Shown here: piece by piece, positions 34,649 through 45,857 of the stretch
Layout: every line of letters begins with the position of its first letter
Position numbering within the stretch: the first letter of the stretch is position 1
Translations under genes and position numbers: made by a program
The notes under the pieces: model-generated
What the model saw: only the letters and a program-made list of their open reading frames with translations
Told to the model about the DNA's origin: nothing
Database searches by the model: none
From: Blastocladiella emersonii ATCC 22665
Lineage: Eukaryota > Fungi > Blastocladiomycota
DNA: 64,000 bases
Direction: 5' to 3'
NCBI GenBank assembly: GCA_025594325.1
Contig: JANHCV010000001.1
Coordinates: 1,054,001 to 1,118,000 of the forward strand

Positions 34649-37116
34649 CTACAGCACGCCATGCCGCCGCACATTCTTCTCCGCATCGGCCCTCGCCTTA
34701 TCCCGCTTCTTGCGCTCGGCCTTGCTCGCCTTGCCGACACCCGCGACGAGCCGTGAGATGGCCTTGCCCGCCTGCGCCTTGTTCATCTGCCGCAACCGGC
34801 GCGCGCGGTCCTCGCGCGTGACGCCGTGCGAGGGCACGTCGAGGTACCCGAGCTTCTCGAGGTAGCGGACCTGGGCGTCCGAGATGGGTCCGGCGCGGGC
34901 CGCCGCAGACCGCGTCGCGCGGTACCACGTCTCGGGGAACTCGGCGCGCACCCACGCGTCGCACGCGGCCACCGCCATGGCCACGGTCGACGCCGTCAGC
35001 TGCGGCGCCATCTTCTTGTGCTTGCGCACCTGCGCGCCGTCGGGCGTTGTGATGGTGAAGTGTTTCGTGATCACAATGTCGGAGGCTACACGTCCAAGGT
35101 GAGTTGATGGCGGTGCGCGAAGCGGGAATGGGAAACGTACACCCGGTCCACTCGATCCGCAGCTCCTGGTGGCTCGGCAGCTGGAGACACAGGGCGCGCG
35201 ACTTGAGGAAGAACCAGTCGAACCGCGAGTTGAGCGACGCGACGCCGTACTCCTTTTCAAAGAACTCGGTGAGCTTCATGAGGCTGGCCGCGTCGCCGAC
35301 CGTCTCGAGGTCGACGCCCGTGATTGTGGGCCCGCCCCACCCGCCGTCGCCGTCCTCGCCCATGAGGAGCCGCATCGCGCGGTCGAGCTCGTCGAGCTTG
35401 TCGACGGGCTTGCCGAGCTCGGGCGTCGCGCCTTCGCCGCCGCCGTCGAGCCGGTCAATCAGCGCGTGCACCTCCTCCTCGGACCCGGCCGCGGCCACGA
35501 CCTCGGCGCCGCCGCCGGCCTCGATCGCGTTGCCCGCGAGATCGGCGAGGTCCGTGAACTTGCGCGCCTCGGCGACCTGGAAGTCGGGGCTGAACCCGAG
35601 CAGCGAGGGCGCCGTAACGAGGTCGGCCTTCGTGTGCTGGTCAACGATATCGATGACGAGGCAGTCGGACTTGGCGTGGTGCAGGCGCAGCCCGCGCCCG
35701 AGCATCTGCTGGTACAGGACCGAGGACCGCGTCGGGCGCGCGAGGATGATGCAGTTGATGTTCGGGATATCCGTGCCTTCCGTGAGGATCCCGCAGTTGA
35801 TAAGGACCGGGAACTCGCCGCGGCGGAACGCCTCGATGAGCCCCGCGCGCTCGTCGCGGTCGATGCGGCTGTGCAGGAACCGCGCGTCGATGCCGTGTTC
35901 GACGAACGTGTCAGTCAGCGACTCGACGTGGTCGATGCTCACGGCGAACACGAGCGTCGATGCCCGCTCGCCGTCGTCCTGCGCCGCAAACCACGCCAGC
36001 ACGATCTCGTCGTTGCGCGCGGCCACGTTCACGGCCGCCGACAGCTCGCCCGACGCGTAGTCGCCGTTGCGGCTCTTGACCGTCGACAGGTCCACCGTGG
36101 TCCGCACCGTCTTGAGCGTGAAGTTGCACAGGTACCCCTCGTTGATCATCTCGAGGAACCCGCGCGAGTACGTGACTAGGATCGGGGCGAGGGCGTCAGT
36201 TCATGTCCCGAGTCGAGGCAGTGGGACAACGCACTCTTGTCAAAAGTAGCGCTGAGCGACAACCCGTCGGAGCGCATGAGCGTCGCCGAGCAGCCCCACA
36301 CGAAGATGTGCGAGTCGGGGTCCTTGACGCGGAAGTGATCGAGGATGCGCTGGTAGGTAGTCGCGGCGGCGTGGTGGGCCTCGTCGATGATGATCATCTT
36401 AAAGTCGTCCGGGTCGTACTTGGCGAGCCGCTTCGAGCTGGTGATGCCGAGCGCGGGCACACTGGCGATGACCACGTCCAGGTCCGACAGGTCCTTGGGC
36501 TCGCGCGAGCTCCCGCCGTCTTGCGTGACGCGCTATGTGGTTCAATGTGTCAGCTTCACGGTCAACACGAGATGCTGACAGTAAGAAGTCGTACCAGCGC
36601 GGGTGCAGCCCGCTGAATCTGGCGCATGGCCTGGTCGAGCAGCTCCTTGCGGTGGGCGAGGACGAGCACGCGCGTCGCGCCGGGTTTCGGGACGGGCACG
36701 CGCTGCAGCAGGTTTGAGAAGACGACCGTCTTGCCCGAACCGACGGGGAGCGACACGGCCTGCCGGCGGACGCCCTGCGCGAGCTCGTCGAGCGTCCGCT
36801 GGATGCACTCCTCCTGGTACGGCCGCAGCGTGTGTGCTGCCGTGTCGTCTGTCAGCCGCGACGGCCGCGGGTTTAGGACGTCGTACTCGACGTCGTCGAG
36901 CAGGTACGCCAGGTCCTCGGTCAGTTCGGGCGCAGGTTTGGGTGCAGCTGCCGAGGCGACGGAGCTCGCGGAGAGGTGCCGCATCGACGCTACGAGCGGG
37001 ACTCGGAGCGCGCCCAGGACCGATCTCCGAGCAAGGTCGACGGTCGCAGCGACCCGTGATGGCAGGACCCGTCGCGTGAGCGCCAGAGCGCGGGCAGCCG
37101 CGGTGAAGCGATACAT
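34649..37116 (-). CDS. IRC3: Mitochondrial SF2 DExH helicase, Irc3-like; multi-exon
   Basis: Arg/Ala-rich presequence; LRPYQEEC, LPVGSGKT, LAHRKEL, IIIDEAHH, SAT, LTEGTDIP and QMLGRGLR. The C-terminal ISDAQVRYL..MNKAQAGKAI is also typical of Irc3. Confidence 0.88.
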
Positions 37117-37509
37117 TGGCGGTGCGGGTCGACCTGGCGCGTGTGCCAGTGTGGTTCATTTAGAGATTCCATTGCATCAAGTGTCGGGCGATCTGCGGCA
37201 TGCCCGCGAACGGGGGCGCGTACCGAAAGCGTCGAGGGGCCGCCGCTCGCCAAAGGCGGAGACAAAGCAAACGAAAGTGTCTCCCGCTCACGTGCGGCTG
37301 TGCCATCTCCGCGACGTGGCCGCCGCCGGGCACGTCGCCGCAAACTCTGCGCCCGGCCGAATTTGGACCCCTTGCCGCGCCCACCTCGCGCTCGCGCTCC
37401 CTCCCCTGTCCTACAGGATACCCTACACGGCGGCCGAGTCGACGGAACGCGCCCACCCCTTGCAACGCATCGACCGCGCCCCTCGTCCAGGGACCAACGG
37501 CCAACCAAG

Positions 37510-38501
37510 ATGGACTCGCAGACCATGGAGCTCCTCCTGACCGAGTACACGACGCAGCTGACGGCGCACATCCCGCACGACACGCTCGAGGTGCTGCACT
37601 CGGGCCTGCAATGGCTGCCCGAGTGGGGCGGCAAGGCCGGGTTCACGGCAGGCCCGATCTTCATCTCGTACATTGCCCTGCTGCACTCGACGCACGTGTG
37701 CCAGGCGCTCTTCAACCGCATGCACCCGGACGTGTCGATGCTGCACACGTGGGTCGCCATGCTCGTCCTGTCGTTCGGCGGCACCACCATGGCCTGTACG
37801 TCGTCGCCTCGCGTCCGCGCTCGGCTGCTCTTGCTGACCGATCCCCCGCGGATGTAGCGATCCTGCTCGCGCGCCCGCCCGGCTGGCTCGTGTCCAACGA
37901 CGCGCTCGCCGTGTACACGGCCGTGTACCTACTGTTCCGGTTCACGCCGGTGCTGCGAGTGGTGAACCTGTTCGGCGTGTTGGCCAAGGTGGTGCTCGCG
38001 GCGGCCGACGGCGTGGCGCGCGCGCTGGCCATCTCGGCGTTCGCCGTCGACACGATCCGGTTCCGGTCGTCGGGCTCGCTGCAGACGTCGATTGTCGCGT
38101 GCCTGCTGTGCGGCACGCTGAGCGGGTGCGGCGGCGGGCTCATCAACGGCATCTTTGGCGTGACCAAGCGCACCTGGACCCTCGGCACGCCCGTGGTCTC
38201 GATCGACGTGCAGCTCGCCTTCCTCACCGCCGCCCTGTACACGGCGCTCACCTTCTCGTCGGCCGTCAGCCTCGACACGGCCAAGGGCGTCTGCTGCGCG
38301 CTCGATATCGCCGTGCTCGTCCTCCAGGTCCTCGTCGACGAGGTCAACACCTGGATCGCGTGCAAGCCCAAGAAGAGCAAGAAGACTGGCGCCGTCCCGA
38401 CCCTCGCCGTGTCCCCGGCCTCGCCCGCCGTCGCTGCCGGCAAGTCGTCGGCCACGCCGTCGCCCGTCCCCGCGCGCAAGCGGAACGGCAAGAAGTACTA
38501 G
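37510..38501 (+). CDS. TRIC/TMEM38-like multi-pass membrane protein; 2 exons
   Basis: Intron 37796-37857 gives SFGGTTMASILLARPPGWL; a second repeat has LSGCGGGLI. About 7 TM helices and a basic tail. Confidence 0.65.
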
Positions 38502-38690
38502 GTTTAGCGGAGGGGGAGAGAAAGAGGAAGCCGGATGACGCATTACGCACTATAAACCTAAGCTTGCATGAACCACGGCTACGAACGCTTGAGTCAGAGT
38601 GACGCACGGTGAGGTGGCGCACCGCGGATCCCTGACCTCCGCCCGCTGCGGCCGGCGCGCCGATCATTCATGCAAGCGCTCGCCGACCTC

Positions 38691-38716
38691 AGCGTGGGCC
38701 CTGAGCGTGGGCCCTG
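38691..38716 (+). repeat. Tandem 13-nt direct repeat (AGCGTGGGCCCTG x2)
   Basis: Read directly from the sequence in intergenic DNA. Confidence 0.8.
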
Positions 38717-39268
38717 CATGATCGTAAGCTGCAGCACGCGGGCGTGAAGGATCCGTTGAGGCCGTGGAAGGTCAAAACGGCAGCGTCCCCGCCTTGGCCC
38801 AGATGCTCCCTACCCTCGCATCCGCCTCGCGGCGCTGCCTTCGCATCGAACGCTCATCAACCGACCACCGTCCGTGGCTCGGCCCATCATCGTCCCCGCA
38901 CGGCACCGGACCGTCTGTCCCCGCCGAGCCCCTCTCTGATCGACGTGCTGCGCCTCCGACCCGACGGCGTGGCTCAACCGCTCATTCGCTGCCCGCTGCG
39001 CCGCGTCATCGTTGCGCGAGACTCGCCGCGTGTGACCAGGCCCCAGTCAGCTGATAACTCAACGCGTTACGCGCCTCGTGGGACCGCTCGTCCGCCGCGC
39101 CTCGCTTTGATCGTCGCCGTAACGCGGAAGTTTGTCGCTCCAAAGTCAACGGGGAAGTTTCTCGGCCGGCCGTTCAAATACTGGCCCGGCCCGCTCCGCT
39201 TCACCAACCAACCAACCATCAACCCGCCGTTGCACCGTTGCACCGTTGCTCTCACCAAGACCAAGACC

Positions 39269-39868
39269 ATGGCCACGACCACCGCCACCGCCGTCGCCGA
39301 CACCTTCTTCACGCGGTTCCTGCGCCTGCAGCGTCACCCGGCGGTACTCGCCTTGACGCTCGCGACGGGCTGCGCGCTGACCATGTCGCCGGCGTACACG
39401 CGCATGAACATTGAGCGCGAGCTGCAGGACCTGGCCGCGACGCACCACACGCGGATCCACGCGTCGGCCGTGTCGCTGCTCGCGCGGCTCGAGGCGCACC
39501 AGGCGGCGGCCGCGGCGCGCCGCGAGGAGCAGCTCGCGGCCGGCCGGCTGTCGGCCGACGAGTACCGCGCGCTCGTCGACGCGGACCGCACCACGCACGC
39601 CGACGCGCGCCGCCAGCTCGACGCGCTCGAGGACGAGGGCCACCAGGCGTTCCTCGAGTGGGCCGAGCAGCGACGCGCCATGTACGCCAAGCCCGTCCTC
39701 AAGCAGGCGTGCCCCGCGTCGCGCGTCGACGCCGCGCACGCCGTCACCAACCACGCGCTCGCCGAGATGTATGGCGCCGCCGACGACGCGGCACACAAGC
39801 GCCGGATGCGCGACCTCGCCCTCGTCAGTATGGCGCGCTGGCAGGTGCCCGCCGACGGCGCCGAGTAG
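39269..39868 (+). CDS. Hypothetical 199-aa protein with N-terminal hydrophobic segment and coiled coil
   Basis: Strong C/G third-position bias, ACCATGG start context, one hydrophobic stretch, then helical heptads. Confidence 0.6.
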   Translation: MATTTATAVADTFFTRFLRLQRHPAVLALTLATGCALTMSPAYTRMNIERELQDLAATHHTRIHASAVSLLARLEAHQAAAAARREEQLAAGRLSADEYRALVDADRTTHADARRQLDALEDEGHQAFLEWAEQRRAMYAKPVLKQACPASRVDAAHAVTNHALAEMYGAADDAAHKRRMRDLALVSMARWQVPADGAE

Positions 39869-40178
39869 TAGGCGCGGCCGTTGCTCGCGTCGCAAGAAAC
39901 CCATCATTCCTCTCCTCCCCATCCTTCTCTCTCCCTGCGCGTGTCGCGCGTGTACATATTCCCGCCCCTCGCAGCTCATCGCCTTGACTGCGAGAAGTGC
40001 TCCGAAGTAATACATCCGTTTGCATCCATCATCACTCGCAGCTGGTCCCGAGTCGTGAGTCGTGACGCGTCGAGGAGAGCGAGGACCATCAACAACGAGA
40101 TCACCTCGTTTCCCCGCTCCCCCTGACCCTCCACAACACCAGGTAGACATGAAGGGCTACTAAAATGGTATATACACT

Positions 40179-40970
40179 CTATGCAACAACGCGCTGGCGC
40201 TTGGCCGGGATCAGGACACACGCCTCGTCGTCAACGTCTGATGCGGACCGCTTCCGCAGACTGCTCGGGCTGCCAAACTCGAGCTTGGTCTCGCACTTGC
40301 TGGGGCTGAGGTCCGCGACGTGCACGAGCTCGGTCTCTTCGGCGTCGAGCAGGGCGGACTCGCTATCCTCGTCCTCGTCATCGCTCGCGTCGCGCGACGG
40401 CAGCGGGCTCGGCAGCGTGAGCTCGGCGAGCACGTCAGCGGCGGCCATGACCGCGCGCGGCGGCGTCGACGGCGTCAGCGGTAGCCTGTGCCCGTGCTCG
40501 TACTCGTCCTCGTCGTCGAACGCGAACACGGACGCGATGCCGATCGAGTTTTTGGCGGCAGCGGCGGCCGCGCGCTTGTCCGCGATCGCGCGCGCCGTGC
40601 CGCACGGGAACCGCGTGACATGGCCCCACATGCGCAGCGAGGCGTCGAGGCCGTGCGCGTTCTTGTAGTGCGCGACGATGGCGGTGCGCGCGGCGTGGAT
40701 CGACTCGGGGCGGGTGTCCGGAATCTCGACGGTGATGCGCGACTTACAGGCGCGGCAGCAGAAGAAGAGGGCGTCGTTGTCGGGCAGCGACGCGGCGGGG
40801 TCGTGGTCTGGCACGAGGCGGACGAGGACCGGGCGCAGGTTGGTCGGGGTGACCTTGCCGATGCCGATGCCGTTCAGGCCGATCGTGTTGACGCCGTTGA
40901 TGGAGGACATCGAGTTCATGGTGAGGTGTTGGTGTTGGTGTTGGTGTTGGTGTTGGTGCACAGGCCTCAT
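40179..40970 (-). CDS. Hypothetical protein with an atypical C2H2-like finger and an HQ repeat
   Basis: CRACK..21 aa..HYKNAH, biased codon usage and a C-terminal NLS-like PAKRQR. (GGTGTT)5 at 40925-40958 encodes HQHQ. The start could be 40970 or 40919. Confidence 0.6.
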   Translation of the reverse strand: MRPVHQHQHQHQHQHLTMNSMSSINGVNTIGLNGIGIGKVTPTNLRPVLVRLVPDHDPAASLPDNDALFFCCRACKSRITVEIPDTRPESIHAARTAIVAHYKNAHGLDASLRMWGHVTRFPCGTARAIADKRAAAAAAKNSIGIASVFAFDDEDEYEHGHRLPLTPSTPPRAVMAAADVLAELTLPSPLPSRDASDDEDEDSESALLDAEETELVHVADLSPSKCETKLEFGSPSSLRKRSASDVDDEACVLIPAKRQRVVA

Positions 40971-41273
40971 TGTCCTTGTGTGCGAAGCGTGGATGAAGGG
41001 ACCGAGGGGCGCGGGGCCTTTTGAAGGGTTCGACCTTGACGGTGCCCGGCCTGCGCGCTGCGGTGGTCGGATCCGCCGGTGACCAGTAAAGCGTTGCGGT
41101 GGACCGGGCGGTGGACAGCTTCTCGACTCATTTCACGGGATGACGAAATACTTCGGGTCCAGAATGAGTCCGTGATCTGTCCGGCTTCCTTCCCCCGTCT
41201 CCCCGTCTCCCCGTCTCCCATGCAGCGACTATGAATATAACATGTATCAACCACCACAACCACGACCGGCGGG

Positions 41274-42904
41274 CTACTTGCCCGTCTTGGTCGCCGGCGC
41301 GGCGGGCGCGTTCATCGTCCGCACCGTCTGCGTGATGTAGAACGCCCACGTCGCAAGGAGCGCGACGACAAAGACGGCGGCACACAGCGCGCGGACGGGG
41401 CGCACGCGGTGGCCGGCGTGCACGTTGACGCCGGCCTCGGCCGCCGCGTCCTCCTCGGCCTTCTTGGCGGCCATGAACCCCTCGCGCTCCTGGTTGTTCT
41501 TCTGCAGGAGTCCGTCGAACTTGGACTGGTCGACCCACCACCACACGAGGTTGAGCACGAACGCGACGCCGATCACGCACACGAAGAAGACGAACACCCC
41601 GCTGTACGAGCCCTTGGCGCTCGCGTCCTGGATCACGCCGACCAGGTTGTCGAAGGACGCGGTCGCAACTGCGTTGAGGCAGCGGTAGATGGCGAAGGCG
41701 GTGCCGAGCGACTGGAAGTCGCAGATCACGGGCAGCGAGGCGAGCGACGCGAGTGCCTTGAACGGGATCGTGAACGCGAAGACTACCATCAGGAACGTCG
41801 AGTCCATGTGCGTCCAGTTCATCATGGCGAGCACAAAGATGAGCAGCGCGTTCGACAGCAGCGAGAAGGAGATGCGGTGGCCGAACCGGTCGACGATCGG
41901 GCCCATGAACGGGTACACGGCCGCCGTGACGACCAGCGAGGTGACACTACGGTAGTTCGCGGTGACGAGGTCCTTCTTGTCGCGCTTGGTGAGGAAATCG
42001 GGCGCAACGCCGAGGAACGAGTTCATGACGCCCGACACGAGCGCGTGGATGAGCATGATGAGCCAAAAGTAGCCCGAGAAGTGCAGCATCGACTTGGGCG
42101 TGAAGGTCTTGCGGCGGCGGATCGCGGCGCGCTGGTCGGCCGACGGCGCGTTGCGCTCGACGCGCTTGAGCAGCAGCACGTACGCGATGTTGAACAGCAC
42201 CGACCCGCAGCTCACGCCGACCGTGATCCACGACCCGTACCAGAAGGGCCGGTTCGGCGTCGCGCTGCCCATGACCCACTGGCCGATCGCGGAGCCCAGG
42301 CGGTTGATGGTCAGCAGGACGCCGAGCGCGGTCGCGAGCTCCTTGCCGTAAAACCAGTGCGAGATGATGAGCTGCTGGCACACGTTGACACTCCCGGCTC
42401 CCGCGCCGTACACCAAACGTCCGAGGATTAACCACGGGTACGACGACGACGTGACACCGATGGCGACACCGAGGTTGCCTAGGCTCACGAGCAGCGTCGT
42501 GACGAGGGACCCCCAGCCCGTGCCGTAGTAGTCGTAGAGGATACCTGCGAGGAGCGGGAGCACCGTCTGCAGCAGGTTGTCCGAGGACTGGGTCAGCGCG
42601 TACGACTCGTTGCTGAGTTTGAGCTCCTACACGCGCGGTTGCGAGGGGATTCGGTCGTGAGTTGCTCGGCACTCGGTCAGCCCGCGAGCGCGTCGCGTGG
42701 TACCTTCTTGAGCGGCGTCTTGAGCGCCGAGAACGACACGCCAGCAAAGTGGCTGCCGAACCCGATCATGGCGGCGCAGAGCACGACGAGGATCTTGGTG
42801 GTGAGCGGGGTCTCGGCGAGGTCGATGCCCGCGCTGCGGTGCGCGCCCGCGTCGGCCTCCGAGTCATCCTCGGTGAGGCGCTTCTTGGCTTCGTCGGCCG
42901 CCAT
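41274..42904 (-). CDS. Major facilitator superfamily transporter (MFSD1-like); 2 exons
   Basis: About 12 TM helices with motifs AGILYDYYG, GRLVYGAG, WFYGKELATALG and GPIVDRFGHR. Intron at 42627-42703. Confidence 0.88.
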
Positions 42905-44196
42905 GGCTGATGCTGCAAGTGCGGAGAATGTGCAGGAACTGCGTCGAGTCCGGGGAGCGCGCGGGGGGAAGTGCGAGAAGTGCTCGAGAAGCGCGGTGGA
43001 ACGTGAGGAGAGCAGGTTCGTGCGGCAGGGACGGGTCTGAATTTATGCTTGGCCGCAGGTCCGTTTATCGCATGAATCGCGTGGGAGAGCGGAAGCACAC
43101 GCGAAGCGTCGCTGATCTCGAAGACAAGGCGGCCGTGTCGCCTTTGTCATTCGAAACGTTTGCCGATCGCCTGGTCGCCCGGTCGCCTGCTTAATCGAGG
43201 TCACCGTTCGTGGGGCGTCTATCAGATGGAAAACCTCGGCAAAAGTGCGGACGCGGGAGCGTTGAGTGATTTCTCGAATCTCCCGCGCCTCACGTCTCGA
43301 GCGAAAGAGCAAAAGAGCGTGTTAGCGGAGCATCAGATCACGTCTCGGACTTGACAGCGGACGCGGCCGCTCCGCGACACACGCTCTCGCAAGCGAATGA
43401 GGCAGGCTCACAGCACTAACCGTCCCTGCACAAACACTGCTCCGCCGTCTTGACCACCCGTTCCAACTATTGGAAGATGGCAGGGATCCACGGCGCCGGC
43501 GCCGGCGCCCGCCTTATGTGGCGCAACGCGCTCGAAAGTGACGCAACTGGCTGCGCCACAGCTCGGCCGCGGTGGCGCATGAGTCAGAATGCGTCACCAT
43601 GCATTAGGAAGCATCCGCTCACGTGCGTGTTCCGTTGATCGCGCTCCTGCCGCAGCGGGAAGCTCGCTTCCCGGCCCCGTGTTATCGCCCGGCCGTCCCC
43701 GCCATCTGCCGCGAAGCAGCGGGCTTGCCTGACGCGCGGCCCGGCCTCAGGCCCGGCCTCTCCCGCGACAGCAACACGGCAGCGAGGCGAGGGGACAACG
43801 GGCAGGGCCGGGGTGGCCGCTCGCGCCGCGAGGTCGCTGCAGCGAGCGATGATGGAGTGCGTCACAGCGAGAGAAGAAGGGTCTGATCTTCGCGTCGTCG
43901 CCCGCGCGACGACGGCGAGTATTGACCGGACGCGCATGGACCTCCACTCGTCAGGGCGGCGTCGGCGGCGTCGGCGCGTGCTCACGGAGGTCGCGGACCC
44001 ACGCGGGCAGCAGGGACGTCGAGCCAGGTGATGGACGCGGTCGCTCCGGGCGGGGCGGTTGAACTACGCGAGGCGTGCCATCAACACGCGCGGCGCGCCG
44101 GCTTGCTGGGCAGAACAACGACCGCGGCCCGTGTTCTTCCGCGGCTTACGATCAACATGCAGCGCGAACTCTGTGAACCCGCCGGCATGAGCAGCG

Positions 44197-44204
44197 TATA
44201 AAAG
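44197..44204 (+). promoter_or_regulatory. TATA box upstream of the Rcf2-like gene
   Basis: TATAAAAG followed by a pyrimidine-rich leader. Confidence 0.45.
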
Positions 44205-44548
44205 GCCTGGAGCCCCGGGGCCTCCCTCCGCTCTCGCACCCAACGATCTCATCTTCACCGGTCCACCCTCCCATGTATGCTACGACCTCCATGCATCGCG
44301 ACCCTCGCCCGTCCCATCACGGCCCTCGCCCACCACCACCCATCACCGGGCGATGCATCAAGCTGGTGGGCCGACGCGGCGCGCACCTCGACGCGCTCGC
44401 CCGCTGTGATCACGTTTATCCTGCGTCAACATCAACAACGCGCGCTGACGCGCCCCCTCCTCCTCTCCCCTCCTCTCGCCAGACCGGATCCCACTACTGC
44501 TGTCCTCGCGACACTACGCAAACTTACGCATCAACTACCCCAAGCACC

Positions 44549-45247
44549 ATGTCGACCCCCACCGCCCCGAAGACCGAGGAGGTCCCGTCGCTCATCCCCT
44601 ACGTCAAGCTCGGCACGTCCGAGGCCGAGGAGAAGCGCCGCGAGGACGAGTTCGACGCCATGGTGCGCAGCGAGGCCATCAAGGGCGGCGCCATCGGCCT
44701 GGTCGTCGGCACCGCCGCCGTGACGCTCGCGTCAAAGTACTCGAAGCACTTCAACGCCCTGTCGCTGCCCTACAAGACCTTCCTCGTGTCGTCCATCACC
44801 ACGGCGTTCCTGATCGTCGAGGGCGAGCGCGCCACGTTCCACTCGCCCGCCTCGCGCTACCACTACCACCAGGTCCTCGTCGAGCAAAGCAACGCCCGCA
44901 CCGAGCCCGAGGCCGCCGAGTCGCCGTTTGACCAGGCCCGCGACTGGCTGCTCGCCCGCAAGTACCAGGCCACGCTCGGCGTGTGGGTCGCCTCCATGGG
45001 CGGCGCCTTCTTCGTCCTGTACCGCAACAAGCACCTCGGCTTCGGCCAGAAGCTCGTCCAGGCCCGTGTCTACGCCCAGGGCGCCGTGCTCGCCGCCCTG
45101 CTCGCCACGGCCGGCCTCCAGGCCCTCGCCCCGAAGAAGCCCTCGCTCGCCTCGGCCCACTTTGCCAACGGGCCCCAGCTCTACCCGTGGGAGGAGGAGG
45201 AGCAGAAGGCCCTCAAGGTGCCCGCCCCCAAGCCGGCCACGCACTAA
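44549..45247 (+). CDS. RCF2: HIG1-domain respiratory supercomplex factor, Rcf2-like
   Basis: N-terminal TM pair, then the HIG1 C-terminal signature QKLVQARVYAQGAVLAAL. Confidence 0.85.
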   Translation: MSTPTAPKTEEVPSLIPYVKLGTSEAEEKRREDEFDAMVRSEAIKGGAIGLVVGTAAVTLASKYSKHFNALSLPYKTFLVSSITTAFLIVEGERATFHSPASRYHYHQVLVEQSNARTEPEAAESPFDQARDWLLARKYQATLGVWVASMGGAFFVLYRNKHLGFGQKLVQARVYAQGAVLAALLATAGLQALAPKKPSLASAHFANGPQLYPWEEEEQKALKVPAPKPATH

Positions 45248-45857
45248 GCTGTGTCTCTCTCGAGCGCTGTCTATTTATCCGTCCATTCTAGCCTACTCTC
45301 TCCGCTCGCTCGTCCTCGTCAGTTCGCGGCAGTGATCCACACCCACCACCCTCTACTCTACTCTACCTACCCCCACCCCGACCTCGCTCTCCTCTCGACG
45401 CTTGAGCCTCGCGCGTTTCGCGGGCTATAGCCGTGTGTACATGTCTCTCCACTTTGAATAACGGGAATAGCCTTTCATATCACACTACACGCAGCCGCGA
45501 CGCGCCATCACGTCTTTGATCACGACGTGCCGCGACCGCGCGCAGCACCTCCTCGTCCTTGCGACTCCCACATACGAAACGATGAGGGATTTTTCGCGTA
45601 CCCCTCGTCCGCTGACGTTGACGCGATCTTCGCGCGCAGCAACGGGTCGAAAATCGCGCACACGCGGTCTCTAGTGCGCGCGTAAGACGTGAGGCATTTC
45701 CCTGGAAAATCGCTCAGTGAGACGTCGTCGCTGAGCGTTTAACCCCTCGGCAGCGATGGGCTCGTTATGGCCGACGGCCTTGGGGCTCGCGGCGTGTATA
45801 TATACCGAGCGGTCCCCGCCCTTTCGGCGAGAAGATCATTACCATCACGCTTCCATC

